Part shown: one piece after another, positions 1 through 9,977 of the stretch
Numbering within the stretch: position 1 is the first letter of the stretch
How the letters are laid out: every line of letters starts with the position of its first letter
Assembly: GCA_030627625.1 (NCBI GenBank)
Contig: DAOURR010000003.1
Coordinates: 28,669 to 92,668 of the forward strand
Direction: 5' to 3'
DNA from: Pelotomaculum sp.
GTDB lineage: Bacteria > Bacillota > Desulfotomaculia > Desulfotomaculales > Pelotomaculaceae
DNA length: 64,000 nucleotides
Program-made: the position numbers and the translations under genes
The notes under the pieces: generated by a model
Databases searched by the model: none
Seen by the model: the letters and a program-made list of their open reading frames with translations, nothing else
What the model was told of the DNA's origin: nothing

Positions 1-400
1 CTTCCATCAGCGAAGTCAGCACTGTGGCAGCCAAGCCCGATGAACTGTGAAACCTCATCAGCTCAGACAATGTTTCGGACTTGATCAGAGGTGTGTCGCC
101 GCACAGTACCAGCAGTTGCCCGCTGGTTCCTTTCAGAACAGTTCCAGCCTGCATCAGCGCGTGGCCTGTTCCCAGCTGTTCGGACTGAAGCGCAACCTGC
201 GCCCTGCCTTCGACTTCGCGGGCCACCTGATCAGCGCCGCAACCTACCACCACCACTGTTTTTTCAATACCTGCGGCGGACACGGCATCCATAACATACG
301 AGAGCATTGAGCTGCCGCTAAGTTTGTGCAGGACTTTTGGCAGCTTTGACTTCATCCGCGTGCCTTTTCCGGCCGCCAGAATAACCGCCGCCAGATTCAT
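1..400 (-). CDS. glmU: GlmU (UDP-N-acetylglucosamine pyrophosphorylase / GlcN-1-P acetyltransferase), N-terminal part, truncated by the window edge
   Basis: Not in the ORF track because it runs off the window. The reverse complement from ATG at 400-398 reads [33 protein letters not shown], the GlmU nucleotidyltransferase G-loop. It lies downstream of spoVG, as in B. subtilis. Confidence 0.85.
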   Translation of the reverse strand, partial: MNLAAVILAAGKGTRMKSKLPKVLHKLSGSSMLSYVMDAVSAAGIEKTVVVVGCGADQVAREVEGRAQVALQSEQLGTGHALMQAGTVLKGTSGQLLVLCGDTPLIKSETLSELMRFHSSSGLAATVLTSLME

Positions 401-473
401 CCGGCGACCTCCTTTATTTTCTGCTTATTCACATTATTAGCTTATTCAACAAAAAATTTTCATTTCCTTTAAT

Positions 474-503
474 CATAAACAAAAAGAGAGCTCTGCGCTC
501 TCC
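474..503 (-). terminator. Weak intrinsic terminator after spoVG
   Basis: Minus strand reads GGAGAGC-GCAGA-GCUCUCU followed by UUUUUGUUUA; stem is 486-491/497-502. Confidence 0.45.
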
Positions 504-520
504 AAAAAGTCTTTAGATAG

Positions 521-775
521 TTAAATAACCGAGGTGTATGCTTCAAGAACTGCGGACTGGATTACCTCACGGGCAGAGGAAGTGATCGGGTGAGCAATGT
601 CACGGAATTCACCATCCGGAGTTTTTCTGCTGGGCATGGCCACAAACAGTCCGTTTTGTCCTTCTACCACCTTGACATCATGAATTACAAAAGCATCATC
701 AAAAGTTACCGATACTATTGCTTTCATTTTTCCTTCAGTTAATACTTTTCGAACTCTTACGTCGGTAACTTTCAT
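521..775 (-). CDS. spoVG: Septation/sporulation regulator SpoVG
   Basis: [11 protein letters not shown]...[42 protein letters not shown] is the canonical SpoVG sequence, and the length (84 aa) fits. Confidence 0.95.
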   Translation of the reverse strand: MKVTDVRVRKVLTEGKMKAIVSVTFDDAFVIHDVKVVEGQNGLFVAMPSRKTPDGEFRDIAHPITSSAREVIQSAVLEAYTSVI

Positions 776-817
776 TTAATTCACCACCTTCCCTTCGGGT
801 TACCGCTTTAAGAGTTA

Positions 818-846
818 ATTTCTCCACCAATTGCCAAATTCCTTCT
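818..846 (-). promoter_or_regulatory. Candidate sigma-H-type promoter upstream of spoVG
   Basis: Minus strand has AGGAATTT, then GAAAT 17 nt after the AGGA. This resembles the AGGA-N17-GAAT layout I recall for the B. subtilis spoVG promoter. Pattern match only. Confidence 0.3.
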
Positions 847-880
847 TATTATCCAAATTTTTTAGAAAAGTTTTCCTTAA

Positions 881-2101
881 TTATGAAATTATTTCCGGGC
901 AGTACCCGATCTGGGATAAAACTGCCAGGATCTGGTCAATATGCTCTTGATCCCTGGTTTCCAGGGCCAGCTCAACCTCAGCCTGCTTTAAAGGAATACT
1001 TGGTTTGACGCGATCATGCGATATCGTGATGACATTTGCCCGTGCATCTGCCACGGCGCTCAACAGCTTACGGAGGTTTCCGGGCTGATCTGTTATAATT
1101 GCTCGCAGGCGGACGTACCGGCCGGACTTAACCAGACCTCGCTCAATAATAATTGATAGTATATTTACGTCAATATTGCCCCCGCTTAACAGGACGACGG
1201 TTTTAGCGCCGGACAGAGAGGTTTTTTTATGTACCAGCGCAGCTAATCCTACCGCCCCGGCGCCTTCAGCAACAATTTTTGACCTTTCCAGCAGCAGCAA
1301 TACAGAGTTTGCTATCTCCTCGTCATCAACGGTAACTATTTCATCTACATACTGCAAAATAATAGGGAGCGTCTTCTCTCCCGGCTTCCTGATTGATATT
1401 CCGTCTGCGAAGGTACAAGTATGGTCGATTTCTTTGCGCCCGCCTTCCTTGAACGAAAGACTGGCAGCCTGAGCGCCGCAGGCCTGTACTCCAATGATGC
1501 GGATGCCGGGCCTGAGCTTCTTCAAGGCGACCGACATACCTGCTATCAAACCGCCGCCGCCTACGGGTATCAATATTGCTTCCATTTCCGGCATATCTTC
1601 GATTAATTCCAGGGCAATGGTTCCCTGCCCTGCCATGACCTCAACATCATCAAATCCATGCACATAAGTGGCTCCACTCAATTCCTGAAGTTCAAGAGCA
1701 AGACGGTAGGCCTCTTCATAACCCCCTTCTGCCAGAACAACTTTGGCGCCATATCGCCGGGTTGCCATCACTTTAGAGATTGGAGCGCCGTCCGGCATTA
1801 CGACGGTGCACGGCATTCCCGCCCTGGTTGCGGCATAGGCTACACCCTGGGCGTGATTTCCAGCGGAGGCCGCAATGACCCCGTGCCTTCTCTCGTCCTC
1901 GCTAAGGCTCATCACCTTGTTGTATGCCCCGCGGATTTTAAATGAGCCTGTTTTTTGCATGTTTTCAAGCTTCAGGAATACGGAGTTCCCGGTCATCTCA
2001 CTAAATGTGTTGGAAAAATCCAGGGGGGTATGGTGTGCCACTCCGGTCAGCCTTCTCCTGGCTTCAACTATTTTCTCCAGGGTCAAATTACCTGCCGTCA
2101 A
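881..2101 (-). CDS. ilvA: Threonine ammonia-lyase (threonine dehydratase), short form with one C-terminal ACT-like domain
   Basis: PLP-lysine motif SFKIRGA, glycine loop GGGGL, 406 aa with a regulatory C-terminal domain. Confidence 0.88.
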   Translation of the reverse strand: MTAGNLTLEKIVEARRRLTGVAHHTPLDFSNTFSEMTGNSVFLKLENMQKTGSFKIRGAYNKVMSLSEDERRHGVIAASAGNHAQGVAYAATRAGMPCTVVMPDGAPISKVMATRRYGAKVVLAEGGYEEAYRLALELQELSGATYVHGFDDVEVMAGQGTIALELIEDMPEMEAILIPVGGGGLIAGMSVALKKLRPGIRIIGVQACGAQAASLSFKEGGRKEIDHTCTFADGISIRKPGEKTLPIILQYVDEIVTVDDEEIANSVLLLLERSKIVAEGAGAVGLAALVHKKTSLSGAKTVVLLSGGNIDVNILSIIIERGLVKSGRYVRLRAIITDQPGNLRKLLSAVADARANVITISHDRVKPSIPLKQAEVELALETRDQEHIDQILAVLSQIGYCPEIIS

Positions 2102-2120
2102 AACATTTCCCCCTCTCCTT

Positions 2121-2846
2121 TTAAGCCTCAGTTACTATTTTGAGCGAGCCGGCCCATGCCTCCGGAGGCACTACACGATACACGCGGTTATTTACGTAAT
2201 AGTCGCTTCCCATCAATATTTTTTTCTGTAAAATACCCGGCCCCTGATCCGCTACTACCCTGTAGATATTCCAAATGTTTTTATATCCCAGGTCAGTGGC
2301 AACCTCAGTAGTAAGAATCCAGGCCAGTTGTGGCGCTTTGACCAGCACCCCGGGCTCTACCAGGCGAGCAGCCAGCATTCTGATCTCATTCTGGGGCTCG
2401 ATATAACCACAAGTATAGGCGCCCTCGAAAACATCTGACATTGTAGTCTGCTTTCCATCCATCATTACCGGCCCGATGATCTCGCTGGTCTTGTCCAGGG
2501 TGGACTGGTCTACGATCAGGTAATTCCCTATGCGTGTATTAAACTGTTCTTCCAGACACTCCCTCAGCCCGTCCTTGCCAGACCTTGCGTATATCTCTGA
2601 GATGGTGCTGCCGGCGCCGCCCTGAGAAACATGAACAAAAACCGGTACGCCAATGATCCCAACTGGTTCACTCGCGCCGCTGACGCTTAGTACAGTTACA
2701 GCTTTCAGGCGGTCTTTTTCAGTCCAGATGATTAAGGTATTATTATAAGCAATCGGCCCGGCAAGAGCATACGTGGCCCAAAAGTGGGCAGAAAGGACAA
2801 TAAGCAGGGTAAAAAAGGACAAACTCCAATAGCTCCTGGCACGCAT
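2121..2846 (-). CDS. Membrane-anchored protein, tentatively a degenerate LytR/CpsA/Psr (LCP)-like protein
   Basis: N-terminal TM helix (WSLSFFTLLIVLSAHFW). The segment ...GKDGLRECLEEQFNTRIGNYLIVDQSTLDKTSEIIGPVMMDG resembles the LCP core pattern. The family assignment is not verified. Confidence 0.5.
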   Translation of the reverse strand: MRARSYWSLSFFTLLIVLSAHFWATYALAGPIAYNNTLIIWTEKDRLKAVTVLSVSGASEPVGIIGVPVFVHVSQGGAGSTISEIYARSGKDGLRECLEEQFNTRIGNYLIVDQSTLDKTSEIIGPVMMDGKQTTMSDVFEGAYTCGYIEPQNEIRMLAARLVEPGVLVKAPQLAWILTTEVATDLGYKNIWNIYRVVADQGPGILQKKILMGSDYYVNNRVYRVVPPEAWAGSLKIVTEA

Positions 2847-2913
2847 ATAATAAATAGCCTCCTTTATCTTCCAGGAGTAGTATAAGACTCATAATGAAAT
2901 TTTATTCTGATTA

Positions 2914-3960
2914 TTATATAAATGGTAATTTATATACTCTGTAGGTTCTGCTCCTGCTCACGCCCTCTATACTTTGAATAACCCTGTTCATCATGGAGTT
3001 GTTCTCTTCAACCAGGGAAAATTCCATACCGGTCAACCCCTTAAGGCGGGCCCGCCTGGAAAGTTCTAGGAGTAGAGCTGCTTCAAGCCCTTTGAAGCGA
3101 AACTGCGGCAGAACCGCCAAAACAGCCAGACGGGCATCGCGCTGACCCGGAAAGAAAGCTGCTCTTTTCAAAGGGCAGACAGTCAGGCAAAGCCCGGCCG
3201 GCTGCCCGCTTATTTCAGTAAACAGAATCAGCTCGGTCTCACAAAAACCCTTAAGTCTATGCAATATTGCGGCGCCTTCACCAGGCGACAGGGGAGCAAA
3301 CCCCCAGATCTCCCTCATTGAACCGTTATGAATTTCAGAAAACAGTTTTCCTTCGCGGGACAAGTCGTTAAGGTTCAAGCCCCGCAACAGCATCCCTTTT
3401 ACGCGGCAGGCACGGGAGGCAACCCGCCCCAGCTTTTCCGGCAGTGGCCGGTGTAAATTATAATAGTAGGAATAAAGGTCTGTTTCTTTAACGAGGCCGC
3501 ACCCGTCAAGAAGCGGCGCGTAATAAGGCGGGTTAAAGGGCATCCCGGGAAGATGGCTGCCCCCAAAACCTTCTAACAGCAGCCCCAGGCGCTCGTGAGG
3601 AGTGAAATCCACAGGACCGGTCATTTGTTTTTTCCCCCTGGCGGCCAGCCATCTGGAAGCTCCTTCTAATAATGCTTTAACCACTTCAGTGTCATTATAT
3701 ATTTCGAGGTGCCCGAAAAACCCGTCGGAAACATCCTGGTGAGCGCTGGCGGTGATCCGCCCAACCAGGAATCCATCCCTAAGCGCCAGGAAAGGCTGTG
3801 CTTCGACACTTGCAAACAAAGGATCTTCCCTCGGGCCTTGCCCGCCTGCTAACGGGTATATGGGCGCCATGTAGAAGTTCCTGTAAATGTTACGTGGAAA
3901 AGAATTAAAAGCACGCACTTCATCTTGAGATGAAACCTTTATTACCTTTACAGACATCAA
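2914..3960 (-). CDS. GNAT-like N-acetyltransferase family protein (two-lobed, 348 aa)
   Basis: The C-terminal VLAVLPQFRFKGLEAALLLELSRRA resembles the GNAT acetyl-CoA motif A. Coding potential is good; function is tentative. Confidence 0.55.
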   Translation of the reverse strand: MMSVKVIKVSSQDEVRAFNSFPRNIYRNFYMAPIYPLAGGQGPREDPLFASVEAQPFLALRDGFLVGRITASAHQDVSDGFFGHLEIYNDTEVVKALLEGASRWLAARGKKQMTGPVDFTPHERLGLLLEGFGGSHLPGMPFNPPYYAPLLDGCGLVKETDLYSYYYNLHRPLPEKLGRVASRACRVKGMLLRGLNLNDLSREGKLFSEIHNGSMREIWGFAPLSPGEGAAILHRLKGFCETELILFTEISGQPAGLCLTVCPLKRAAFFPGQRDARLAVLAVLPQFRFKGLEAALLLELSRRARLKGLTGMEFSLVEENNSMMNRVIQSIEGVSRSRTYRVYKLPFI

Positions 3961-4076
3961 GCTACCCCCGGCTTTTTAATCACAGGGTATGCCGCCAGGT
4001 ATAACTTTGCCACAAAATAAAAAAAGCCCGGTTTTTTACCGGACAAGCCCTTAACGGTTTGAAGTGATCACACTTG

Positions 4077-4829
4077 CTACTTCATGGTCTTGAGAACCAG
4101 CTCCAGATCTCCTGGTTTATCCACATCAACCCCAACTTCAGGGAATGCTGAAACTACCACAATTCCCCTGATCCCGCCCAGCAGCTGTGATACTTTTGCC
4201 TGAGCCTCCCGCAGGGATAGGGTGCGCAACAGAAACTTAATCACAAAACCCAGACCCAGCAGCCTGCAGAGCCGCAGCGGGCTTTTGCGTAGGGTAATAA
4301 TCTTTTTGCCGTTCTCAGCACACTTTTTAAAAACAGCAGGATTAATCAGGAACAGGTTCCCCCCGGTAAAAACGTCCTCCTTCATTCTCACATACGTCCG
4401 CCTGGTTGAAGGAAATTTTTCTTCAACCACCTGTTTTTTTATGACTGGATAATACAGATCCCCGGACATGTCCCCGCAGAGATCGAGGAAATCATCTACT
4501 GCCCTGGAGGTCAGCATAGGAATATCAGAGGTGACCAGCAGCACCCTTTTTGCTTCAGGCAGGCCGTTTAAGCCTGACTCAATGTTTTCCATAATGCCGC
4601 TGCCGGAGTTTGCAACAGCTACCCTTTCCCCCCTGAAAATCTGAGAAAGTTCTGCAACCGGACCAATCACCAGCACATTGCGGATATGTTTTGAGCCCAG
4701 CAGCGCGTCCACCACATATTCCACCATGGCCTTGGAGCCAACCGGTATCAAAGCCTCGTAGCGTGCCGAACTGCACTCCTTAAGCGGGCCGTCGTTGCCA
4801 CTCCCGGCAAGGACAACGGCATCAACCAT
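4077..4829 (-). CDS. MobA-like NTP-transferase domain protein (nucleotidyltransferase family)
   Basis: N-terminal VVLAGSGNDGPLK plus LLVTSDIPML are typical of the NTP_transf_3 fold. Its start overlaps the stop of the upstream GntR gene by 1 nt. Confidence 0.7.
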   Translation of the reverse strand: MVDAVVLAGSGNDGPLKECSSARYEALIPVGSKAMVEYVVDALLGSKHIRNVLVIGPVAELSQIFRGERVAVANSGSGIMENIESGLNGLPEAKRVLLVTSDIPMLTSRAVDDFLDLCGDMSGDLYYPVIKKQVVEEKFPSTRRTYVRMKEDVFTGGNLFLINPAVFKKCAENGKKIITLRKSPLRLCRLLGLGFVIKFLLRTLSLREAQAKVSQLLGGIRGIVVVSAFPEVGVDVDKPGDLELVLKTMK

Positions 4830-5503
4830 TAAGCCTCTTCCTCTCTAAGGGCATCTAAAAGATTCTGTTCCGCGTTTTCCATATGCTCCCTGGCCAGATG
4901 CTGGGCCAAGTCCACATTGCGGTCACATATAGCCTCAACAATTTTCTTGTGTTCGTCTATGGCAATCTTAAGCCGTCCCGGCTGTGACAGGGAAGTCATT
5001 CTGAAACGGAAGATCTGCTCTGCCAGAAGCGTAATAATATGAAGCAGGCGGTGGTTTCGTGATGTCTTGTAGATTAAATCATGAAAGGTGGAGTCTACCT
5101 CGACAATAGCACTGATATCGTCACCGCTTACATTAATTTTAACCAGTGACATTTCAAGCTGGTCCATTTCTTCATCGGTGATCCGCTCCGCAGCCAGGCC
5201 GGCGGCAAGACCCTCCAGTGCTGCCCTGACTTCAAACACGTCAGCTATATCCTTAACGGTGACACCGGCAACATACGCGCCCTTGCGAGGAACCATCGCA
5301 ACGAAACCTTCCAGTTCCAGCTTGCGGATAGCCTCCCTGACCGGCGTGCGGCTTACACCCATTTCTTCTGCGAGCTGGATTTCCATTAAACGTTCCCCCG
5401 GCTTGAGCCTGCCCAGAATGATAGCTTCCCGGAGGGACTCAAAAACCATTTCCCGCAGGGGCTTGTAATTATCCAGTTTTATTGGCACAAGTCTTGACTC
5501 CAT
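4829..5503 (-). CDS. GntR-family transcriptional regulator (FadR/FCD subfamily)
   Basis: Winged HTH: LKPGERLMEIQLAEEMGVSRTPVREAIRKLELEGFV, followed by an all-helical FCD-like C-terminal domain. Confidence 0.9.
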   Translation of the reverse strand: MESRLVPIKLDNYKPLREMVFESLREAIILGRLKPGERLMEIQLAEEMGVSRTPVREAIRKLELEGFVAMVPRKGAYVAGVTVKDIADVFEVRAALEGLAAGLAAERITDEEMDQLEMSLVKINVSGDDISAIVEVDSTFHDLIYKTSRNHRLLHIITLLAEQIFRFRMTSLSQPGRLKIAIDEHKKIVEAICDRNVDLAQHLAREHMENAEQNLLDALREEEA

Positions 5504-5585
5504 AATTACCCTCCCGATAATAGTAATAAAAATGAAATTAATACTATTTTAACTTTTCAAGGCTTCATCTGCAAGCATGCTGTTT

Positions 5586-6443
5586 TTATGGGTTAAATGT
5601 GCCGCTTACCAGCACCTGCTCACCGGAACCCTGATAGCGTCCGGCGACCAAGTGTGCAGCTTCCAGGTCAGCTGCCAGCCCAAAAACTGTCGGGCCGCTG
5701 CCGGACATGACAGCGTTTATAGCTCCTGCCTTGATGAGTTTTTTCTTTATTGACAAAATATCCGGGTGCATCCTGATGGCTACCGGCTCCAGAGCATTTG
5801 CCAAAAGACCGGCAATCCTGGACAAACTGCCTTCAAATATGGCTTCGGACATAGCACGGCTGTCGGGCTTCACCTGCACTGAACCGGTAGAAAAGGCGCC
5901 GTATACGGAAGCGGTGGAGATGCCGAACGGAGGCTTTACCAGTACCAGTCCCAACCGGGGGCAAGGAGAAAGCTGCTCCAGTTTTTCTCCTCTACCCTTT
6001 GCCAGCGCCGTTCCGCCCACCAGGCAAAACGGCACATCAGAACCCAATTGCTCCCCGAGTGTCAAAAGCTCGCTCAGTGAAAGCCCGAGTCCCCACATCT
6101 TATTCAAAGAAACGAGTGTTACCGCAGCGTCTGCCGAGCCTCCGCCCAAACCGGCCTCAACTGGAATATTTTTAACCAGGCGAATATGCACACCCGTCCT
6201 GATTTTGCAATACGCGCGCAGGAGAGACGCTGCCCGGTAAACCAGGTTGTCTTCTCCAGGGGGGACACTGCTGCCCACAACCGCAAGAGAAATGTCATCC
6301 TCTCCGGTGGGACTGAATTCCAGCTGGTCGTGCAGTTCTATGGACTGCATCACCATCTCTACCTCGTGGTAGCCATCCGGCCTTTTCCAAAGAACATCCA
6401 GGGTCAGGTTTATTTTCGCCCTGGCTGGAACCTTTAAAATCAT
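5586..6443 (-). CDS. ispE: 4-diphosphocytidyl-2-C-methyl-D-erythritol kinase
   Basis: KINLTLDV, the GHMP kinase motif PVEAGLGGGSADAA, and a conserved position relative to spoVG and yabG. Confidence 0.95.
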   Translation of the reverse strand: MILKVPARAKINLTLDVLWKRPDGYHEVEMVMQSIELHDQLEFSPTGEDDISLAVVGSSVPPGEDNLVYRAASLLRAYCKIRTGVHIRLVKNIPVEAGLGGGSADAAVTLVSLNKMWGLGLSLSELLTLGEQLGSDVPFCLVGGTALAKGRGEKLEQLSPCPRLGLVLVKPPFGISTASVYGAFSTGSVQVKPDSRAMSEAIFEGSLSRIAGLLANALEPVAIRMHPDILSIKKKLIKAGAINAVMSGSGPTVFGLAADLEAAHLVAGRYQGSGEQVLVSGTFNP

Positions 6444-6633
6444 GGGCGCACCCCGCTTCTTTCCGGTATAAGTTAGCTGCCATCTTGCAAAAATCCTTTT
6501 TAAAAATTAATTAAAATGTTCAATAAAAAGTTTTGCTTCATAAGATTTAAAGAGGCTTTGTACAAACAGCACAGTTTTAATTTTAAGGTCAATGTACCTT
6601 GACTACTATGTACAGTAAAGGAGGAAAATATTA

Positions 6634-7191
6634 GTGGTTAAGATGGCGCGCTCATTTGGCAGTCAAATAACTGTCAACCTCGCCACCAGGCGGCTTACTT
6701 ACTTTGAGGGCGGGCACACGGTAAACAACTACCCTGTTGGTGTTGGTAAGGCCTCCACCCCGACGCCTACCGGCAGTTATATTATAGTTGTAAAAATAGT
6801 GCATCCGGGTGGAATGCTGGGAACCCGCTGGCTGGGACTCTCTATACCTACCGGCAACTACGGTATCCACGGGACCAATAACCCGTCTTCTATTGGAGGG
6901 TATGTATCCAACGGATGCATCAGGATGTATAACCGGGACGTTGAGGAGCTTTTTACCAGGGCTCAGATCAACATGCCGGTGGAAATCATTCCGGGAACCG
7001 GGGTATTAAAGCCAGAGAGCGCTCCATCCAATCCTCAGGTTGGAAAGCGGACACATGTTGTTCAGGTGGGGGATAGCCTGTGGGCAATTGCCAGGAAGTA
7101 CAGTGTGGATCTGAACCAGATCATCCAGGTTAACAATATTACCAATCCCAACGTGATATTCCCTGGACAGACTATTATAATTCCTGGTTAA
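6634..7191 (+). CDS. L,D-transpeptidase (YkuD fold) with a C-terminal LysM domain
   Basis: Catalytic HGT...SNGCIRM motif. LysM: HVVQVGDSLWAIARKYSVDLNQIIQVNNI. GTG start lies 9 nt after AGGAGG. Confidence 0.9.
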   Translation: MVKMARSFGSQITVNLATRRLTYFEGGHTVNNYPVGVGKASTPTPTGSYIIVVKIVHPGGMLGTRWLGLSIPTGNYGIHGTNNPSSIGGYVSNGCIRMYNRDVEELFTRAQINMPVEIIPGTGVLKPESAPSNPQVGKRTHVVQVGDSLWAIARKYSVDLNQIIQVNNITNPNVIFPGQTIIIPG

Positions 7192-7261
7192 TCTTTTAGT
7201 GTCCAAATGCTGATTGAGCAATATGCGACAGGGATGAACATAACTGAAAGCAGGTGGGGCT

Positions 7262-7981
7262 TTGGGAGGTATTCTGCTGCTGGGACTTATCGCCGGTCTC
7301 GGTACCTGCCTGGGCGCTCTGCTGGTCACCATGTGCGGGCGCCTGCGGCCGGGCGCCATCTCCTTGCTGCTGGGGTTTGCCTCCGGTGTTATGATGGCTG
7401 TTATTATATTTGACCTGCTGCCGTCTTCACTTCTCTACGGAGGTCCCCGGATCGCGCTTGCCGGCTTCCTGGGGGGGATTGGGCTCATGCTGACCCTTGA
7501 TGTGGCCCTAAATAGTTTATCCGCCCCCAGTTTAAAGGGAAGCGGCTACATCAAAATGGGTTATCTTATTGCCATCGGGATCGCACTGCACGATTTCCCC
7601 GAGGGCCTGGCTATTGCAGCTGGTTTTGCAGCCGCTGACAAATTTGGTCCACTGCTGGTGCTGGCTATCGGTATTCACAATATCCCGGAGGGGATGGCTA
7701 CCGCAGCACCCCTGAGGTACGGCGGAATGAGCGTGAAACGGGTGCTGGCGTTAAATGCCCTGATCAGCCTGGTTACCCCTCTGGGAGTCTTTGCCGGCCT
7801 GCTGCTGGTAGAGGCCTCACGGTCCTTTATCGGTTTGCTCCTGGCATTTGCCGCAGGAGCCATGATCTATATCGTACTGAACGAGCTGGCGCCGGAGTCG
7901 CGAAGGAATAACAAATACCTCGCCTATGCGGGTATGGTTACCGGCCTGGCCTTAATTTTAGTACTGGCATTTATTGTTTAA
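7262..7981 (+). CDS. ZIP-family divalent metal transporter (ZupT-like)
   Basis: Polytopic membrane protein with the ZIP signature HDFPEGLAIA and HNIPEGMA. TTG start follows AGGTGGGG. Confidence 0.88.
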   Translation: MGGILLLGLIAGLGTCLGALLVTMCGRLRPGAISLLLGFASGVMMAVIIFDLLPSSLLYGGPRIALAGFLGGIGLMLTLDVALNSLSAPSLKGSGYIKMGYLIAIGIALHDFPEGLAIAAGFAAADKFGPLLVLAIGIHNIPEGMATAAPLRYGGMSVKRVLALNALISLVTPLGVFAGLLLVEASRSFIGLLLAFAAGAMIYIVLNELAPESRRNNKYLAYAGMVTGLALILVLAFIV

Positions 7982-8418
7982 GAATCAACCATGCTCCCCC
8001 CGCCATCAATAGGGTTCCAAGAACGTTGTAAATGCTGAACGGGATCTTTTGCATTCCAAACAGCCCGAAGTGATCGACCAGGCCTGCCGTAAAAACCTGC
8101 CCGAGGATTATGGCTGTTGTGGCTGGCGCCACTCCTACCTTGGGGATGCTCAGAATAACAAGGTAGATAATCAATACCCCCAGTATGCCACCCAGATATG
8201 TATACCAGGGGGCTTTTAATATTTCGGTCAGGCAGCCGTCCCCAATCCTGCAGACAAATAGCAGCGCCACCACCAGCAGAAGCCCCCGTGAGCTGTACAA
8301 TAAAGGTTGTCTCCCATAAGCCCACCACCTTGCCAAGAGCTGAGTTGATAGAACCCTGGATGGCCATGGCAACTCCGGATATGGCAGCTACGACCAGGGG
8401 AAAAAGCTTCAATGACAT
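7971..8418 (-). pseudogene. DMT-superfamily DUF606 (YdcZ-like) membrane protein, disrupted by a +1 frameshift in a G5 run
   Basis: The N-terminal 46 aa (MSLKLFPLVVAAISGVAMAIQGSINSALGKVVGLWETTFIVQLTG) are in one frame. The remaining ~100 aa (LLLVVALLFVCRIG...LLMAGGAWLILKQ) are in another. The frames meet at CCCCC 8283-8287, and removing one base restores a ~149-aa protein. Confidence 0.7.
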
Positions 8419-8615
8419 AACAAACCCCCTCGACATATTACCGTAGGTCTTGAGGTTAGTTTTTTCGCTCTTACCAACGTTTATTCTAACACTTGACCAT
8501 TCTGCACAGCGGAGTTGCCAAGGACAGGCGCAATTTGTAACAGAACCAAGTATAAATTCATAAAATGATCAGAGGAATTTTATTAATTATCTTTTGATTT
8601 CGGGAGGTGAATATC

Positions 8616-8813
8616 TTGAATCGCCTTTATAACTCGCTGCTCTTCCTGATCGCGAACACGTCACGCGCAGAAAAAAACTTGGAACTCATAATGTTGATGT
8701 TGCAGTCAACAACTGAGACCATCAAGAACATCAAAAGCGGTATGGACTCCTTTCAGGCTTCTGTCTTAAAAATGACGCAGGATATGCAGGACTCATCAAG
8801 CAGCGGGGAATAA
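8616..8813 (+). CDS. Small hypothetical protein (about 65 aa)
   Basis: TTG start 8 nt after GGGAGGTG and a GC-rich hairpin after the stop. No recognisable family. Confidence 0.4.
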   Translation: MNRLYNSLLFLIANTSRAEKNLELIMLMLQSTTETIKNIKSGMDSFQASVLKMTQDMQDSSSSGE

Positions 8814-8817
8814 TCAG

Positions 8818-8847
8818 GGGCGCCTTTTTACAGGCGCCCTATTGCTT
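8818..8847 (+). terminator. Candidate terminator after the small ORF
   Basis: GGGCGCC (8818-8824) pairs with GGCGCCC (8833-8839). The U-tract is weak (UAUUGCUU). Confidence 0.4.
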
Positions 8848-8958
8848 CCTGAGATGTTATTGAATAGCCGCTTCACCGTTTAATAAGCTGGCGGCCTTTC
8901 GCCTGCCTTCAGCAACAGCGGCGGGTTTATTCGCCTTTGCCCAGCATGGTAACGCCAC

Positions 8959-9588
8959 CTAGGCCTTTTTTCGCTCTTCCAGCTGGTCCCACTTCATAAT
9001 CTTTGGAGTTTCTCTCTTCTGGCCATCATTGGCTCCCGCGCTTTTCGCGGCGGCAGGCTCAACTTTTTTTACTGACCCGGCGGCAGCGGAACCAACTGAT
9101 GCCGGCGACTGCTTTACGGCGCCTGATTCAGTTTTTTGCGCCGGCTGCGCCGGCTTTGTGCCGGAGCCCATCAAACCCGCCAGCATGCTTGTGAGGCTTC
9201 CCAGGTCTAAGTTTTGACCTCCGAGAGCCCCCAGCAGGTTCATCAGCACCGCCGGGTTGATTCCCTGCCCTCCAGGCGCTCCACCACCCTGACTTCCAAG
9301 CATTTTAACAAGCATGCTGATGATGCTGTCCAGTGAGGGGCTGTTTCCCTGAGCACCCGTCTGTCCTAACGCAGGCATAGCGGCAGATCCCGGAACAGGC
9401 AGGGATATAGTAGAGCCGCCCCCAAACCGCCGGCCGATCAAACTTAGTATACTCATCAAATTAACTGAACTGATATAGAGCAGCATGGTTTCTTGATCCA
9501 TTCCGTATCTTGACTGCTGCTCTAAAAGCCTGACTACCGGCTCCTCCAATATACCGGCCCCTTTTGTCTCTTCCGTCAAAGGTATCAA
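8959..9588 (-). CDS. Hypothetical G/A/S/P/Q-rich, probably intrinsically disordered protein, coupled to the YbaB paralog
   Basis: 209-aa ORF that starts about 12 nt after the YbaB-paralog stop. Low-complexity core (GGGAPGGQGINPAVLMNLLGALGGQNLDLGSL...) and a basic tail. The start may be TTG at 9588 or 9579. Confidence 0.55.
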   Translation of the reverse strand: MIPLTEETKGAGILEEPVVRLLEQQSRYGMDQETMLLYISSVNLMSILSLIGRRFGGGSTISLPVPGSAAMPALGQTGAQGNSPSLDSIISMLVKMLGSQGGGAPGGQGINPAVLMNLLGALGGQNLDLGSLTSMLAGLMGSGTKPAQPAQKTESGAVKQSPASVGSAAAGSVKKVEPAAAKSAGANDGQKRETPKIMKWDQLEERKKA

Positions 9589-9600
9589 CTCCCCAAACCT

Positions 9601-9903
9601 TTAAAATAAGCCCGGTATGTTAGGAATATTTAATCCACCGGTCATTTTACCGATCTCATTTTTTATGATCTGTTTTGACTCCACGATAGACCTGTTGATA
9701 GCGCTGATCACCATTAGACGCAGTGTTTCCAGATGTTCCTGATCCAGTAATTTCGGGTCTATTTGAACATCTAACACCTCCTGTTGACCGTTTATTGTGA
9801 TCCGAATCGCTCCCTCGCCTTCACTTACCTCGATTGTCATGTTTTTCAATTCCTGCTGCAATCTCTGAATTTCGACGATGATGGAGCCCATATTGTTAAT
9901 CAT
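9601..9903 (-). CDS. YbaB/EbfC-family nucleoid-associated protein, second (divergent) copy
   Basis: MINNMGSIIVEIQRLQQEL...INGQQEVLDVQIDPKLLD..DLETLRLMVISAINRSI...GKMTGGLNIPNIPGLF aligns along its whole length with the canonical copy at 36625..36942 ([13 protein letters not shown] tail). ATG at 9903 follows AGGGGAGAG. Confidence 0.85.
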   Translation of the reverse strand: MINNMGSIIVEIQRLQQELKNMTIEVSEGEGAIRITINGQQEVLDVQIDPKLLDQEHLETLRLMVISAINRSIVESKQIIKNEIGKMTGGLNIPNIPGLF

Positions 9904-9977
9904 TTCTCTCCCCTTTCCATGCAGAAGATCCATTATAGAATATATTCGTTAAAGGGGTAAAACGTTAGTTATTTTGC

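Noticed and set aside
47-310. Two plus-strand ORFs at the window start
   Set aside because: They are antisense to the clearly recognisable glmU N-terminus.
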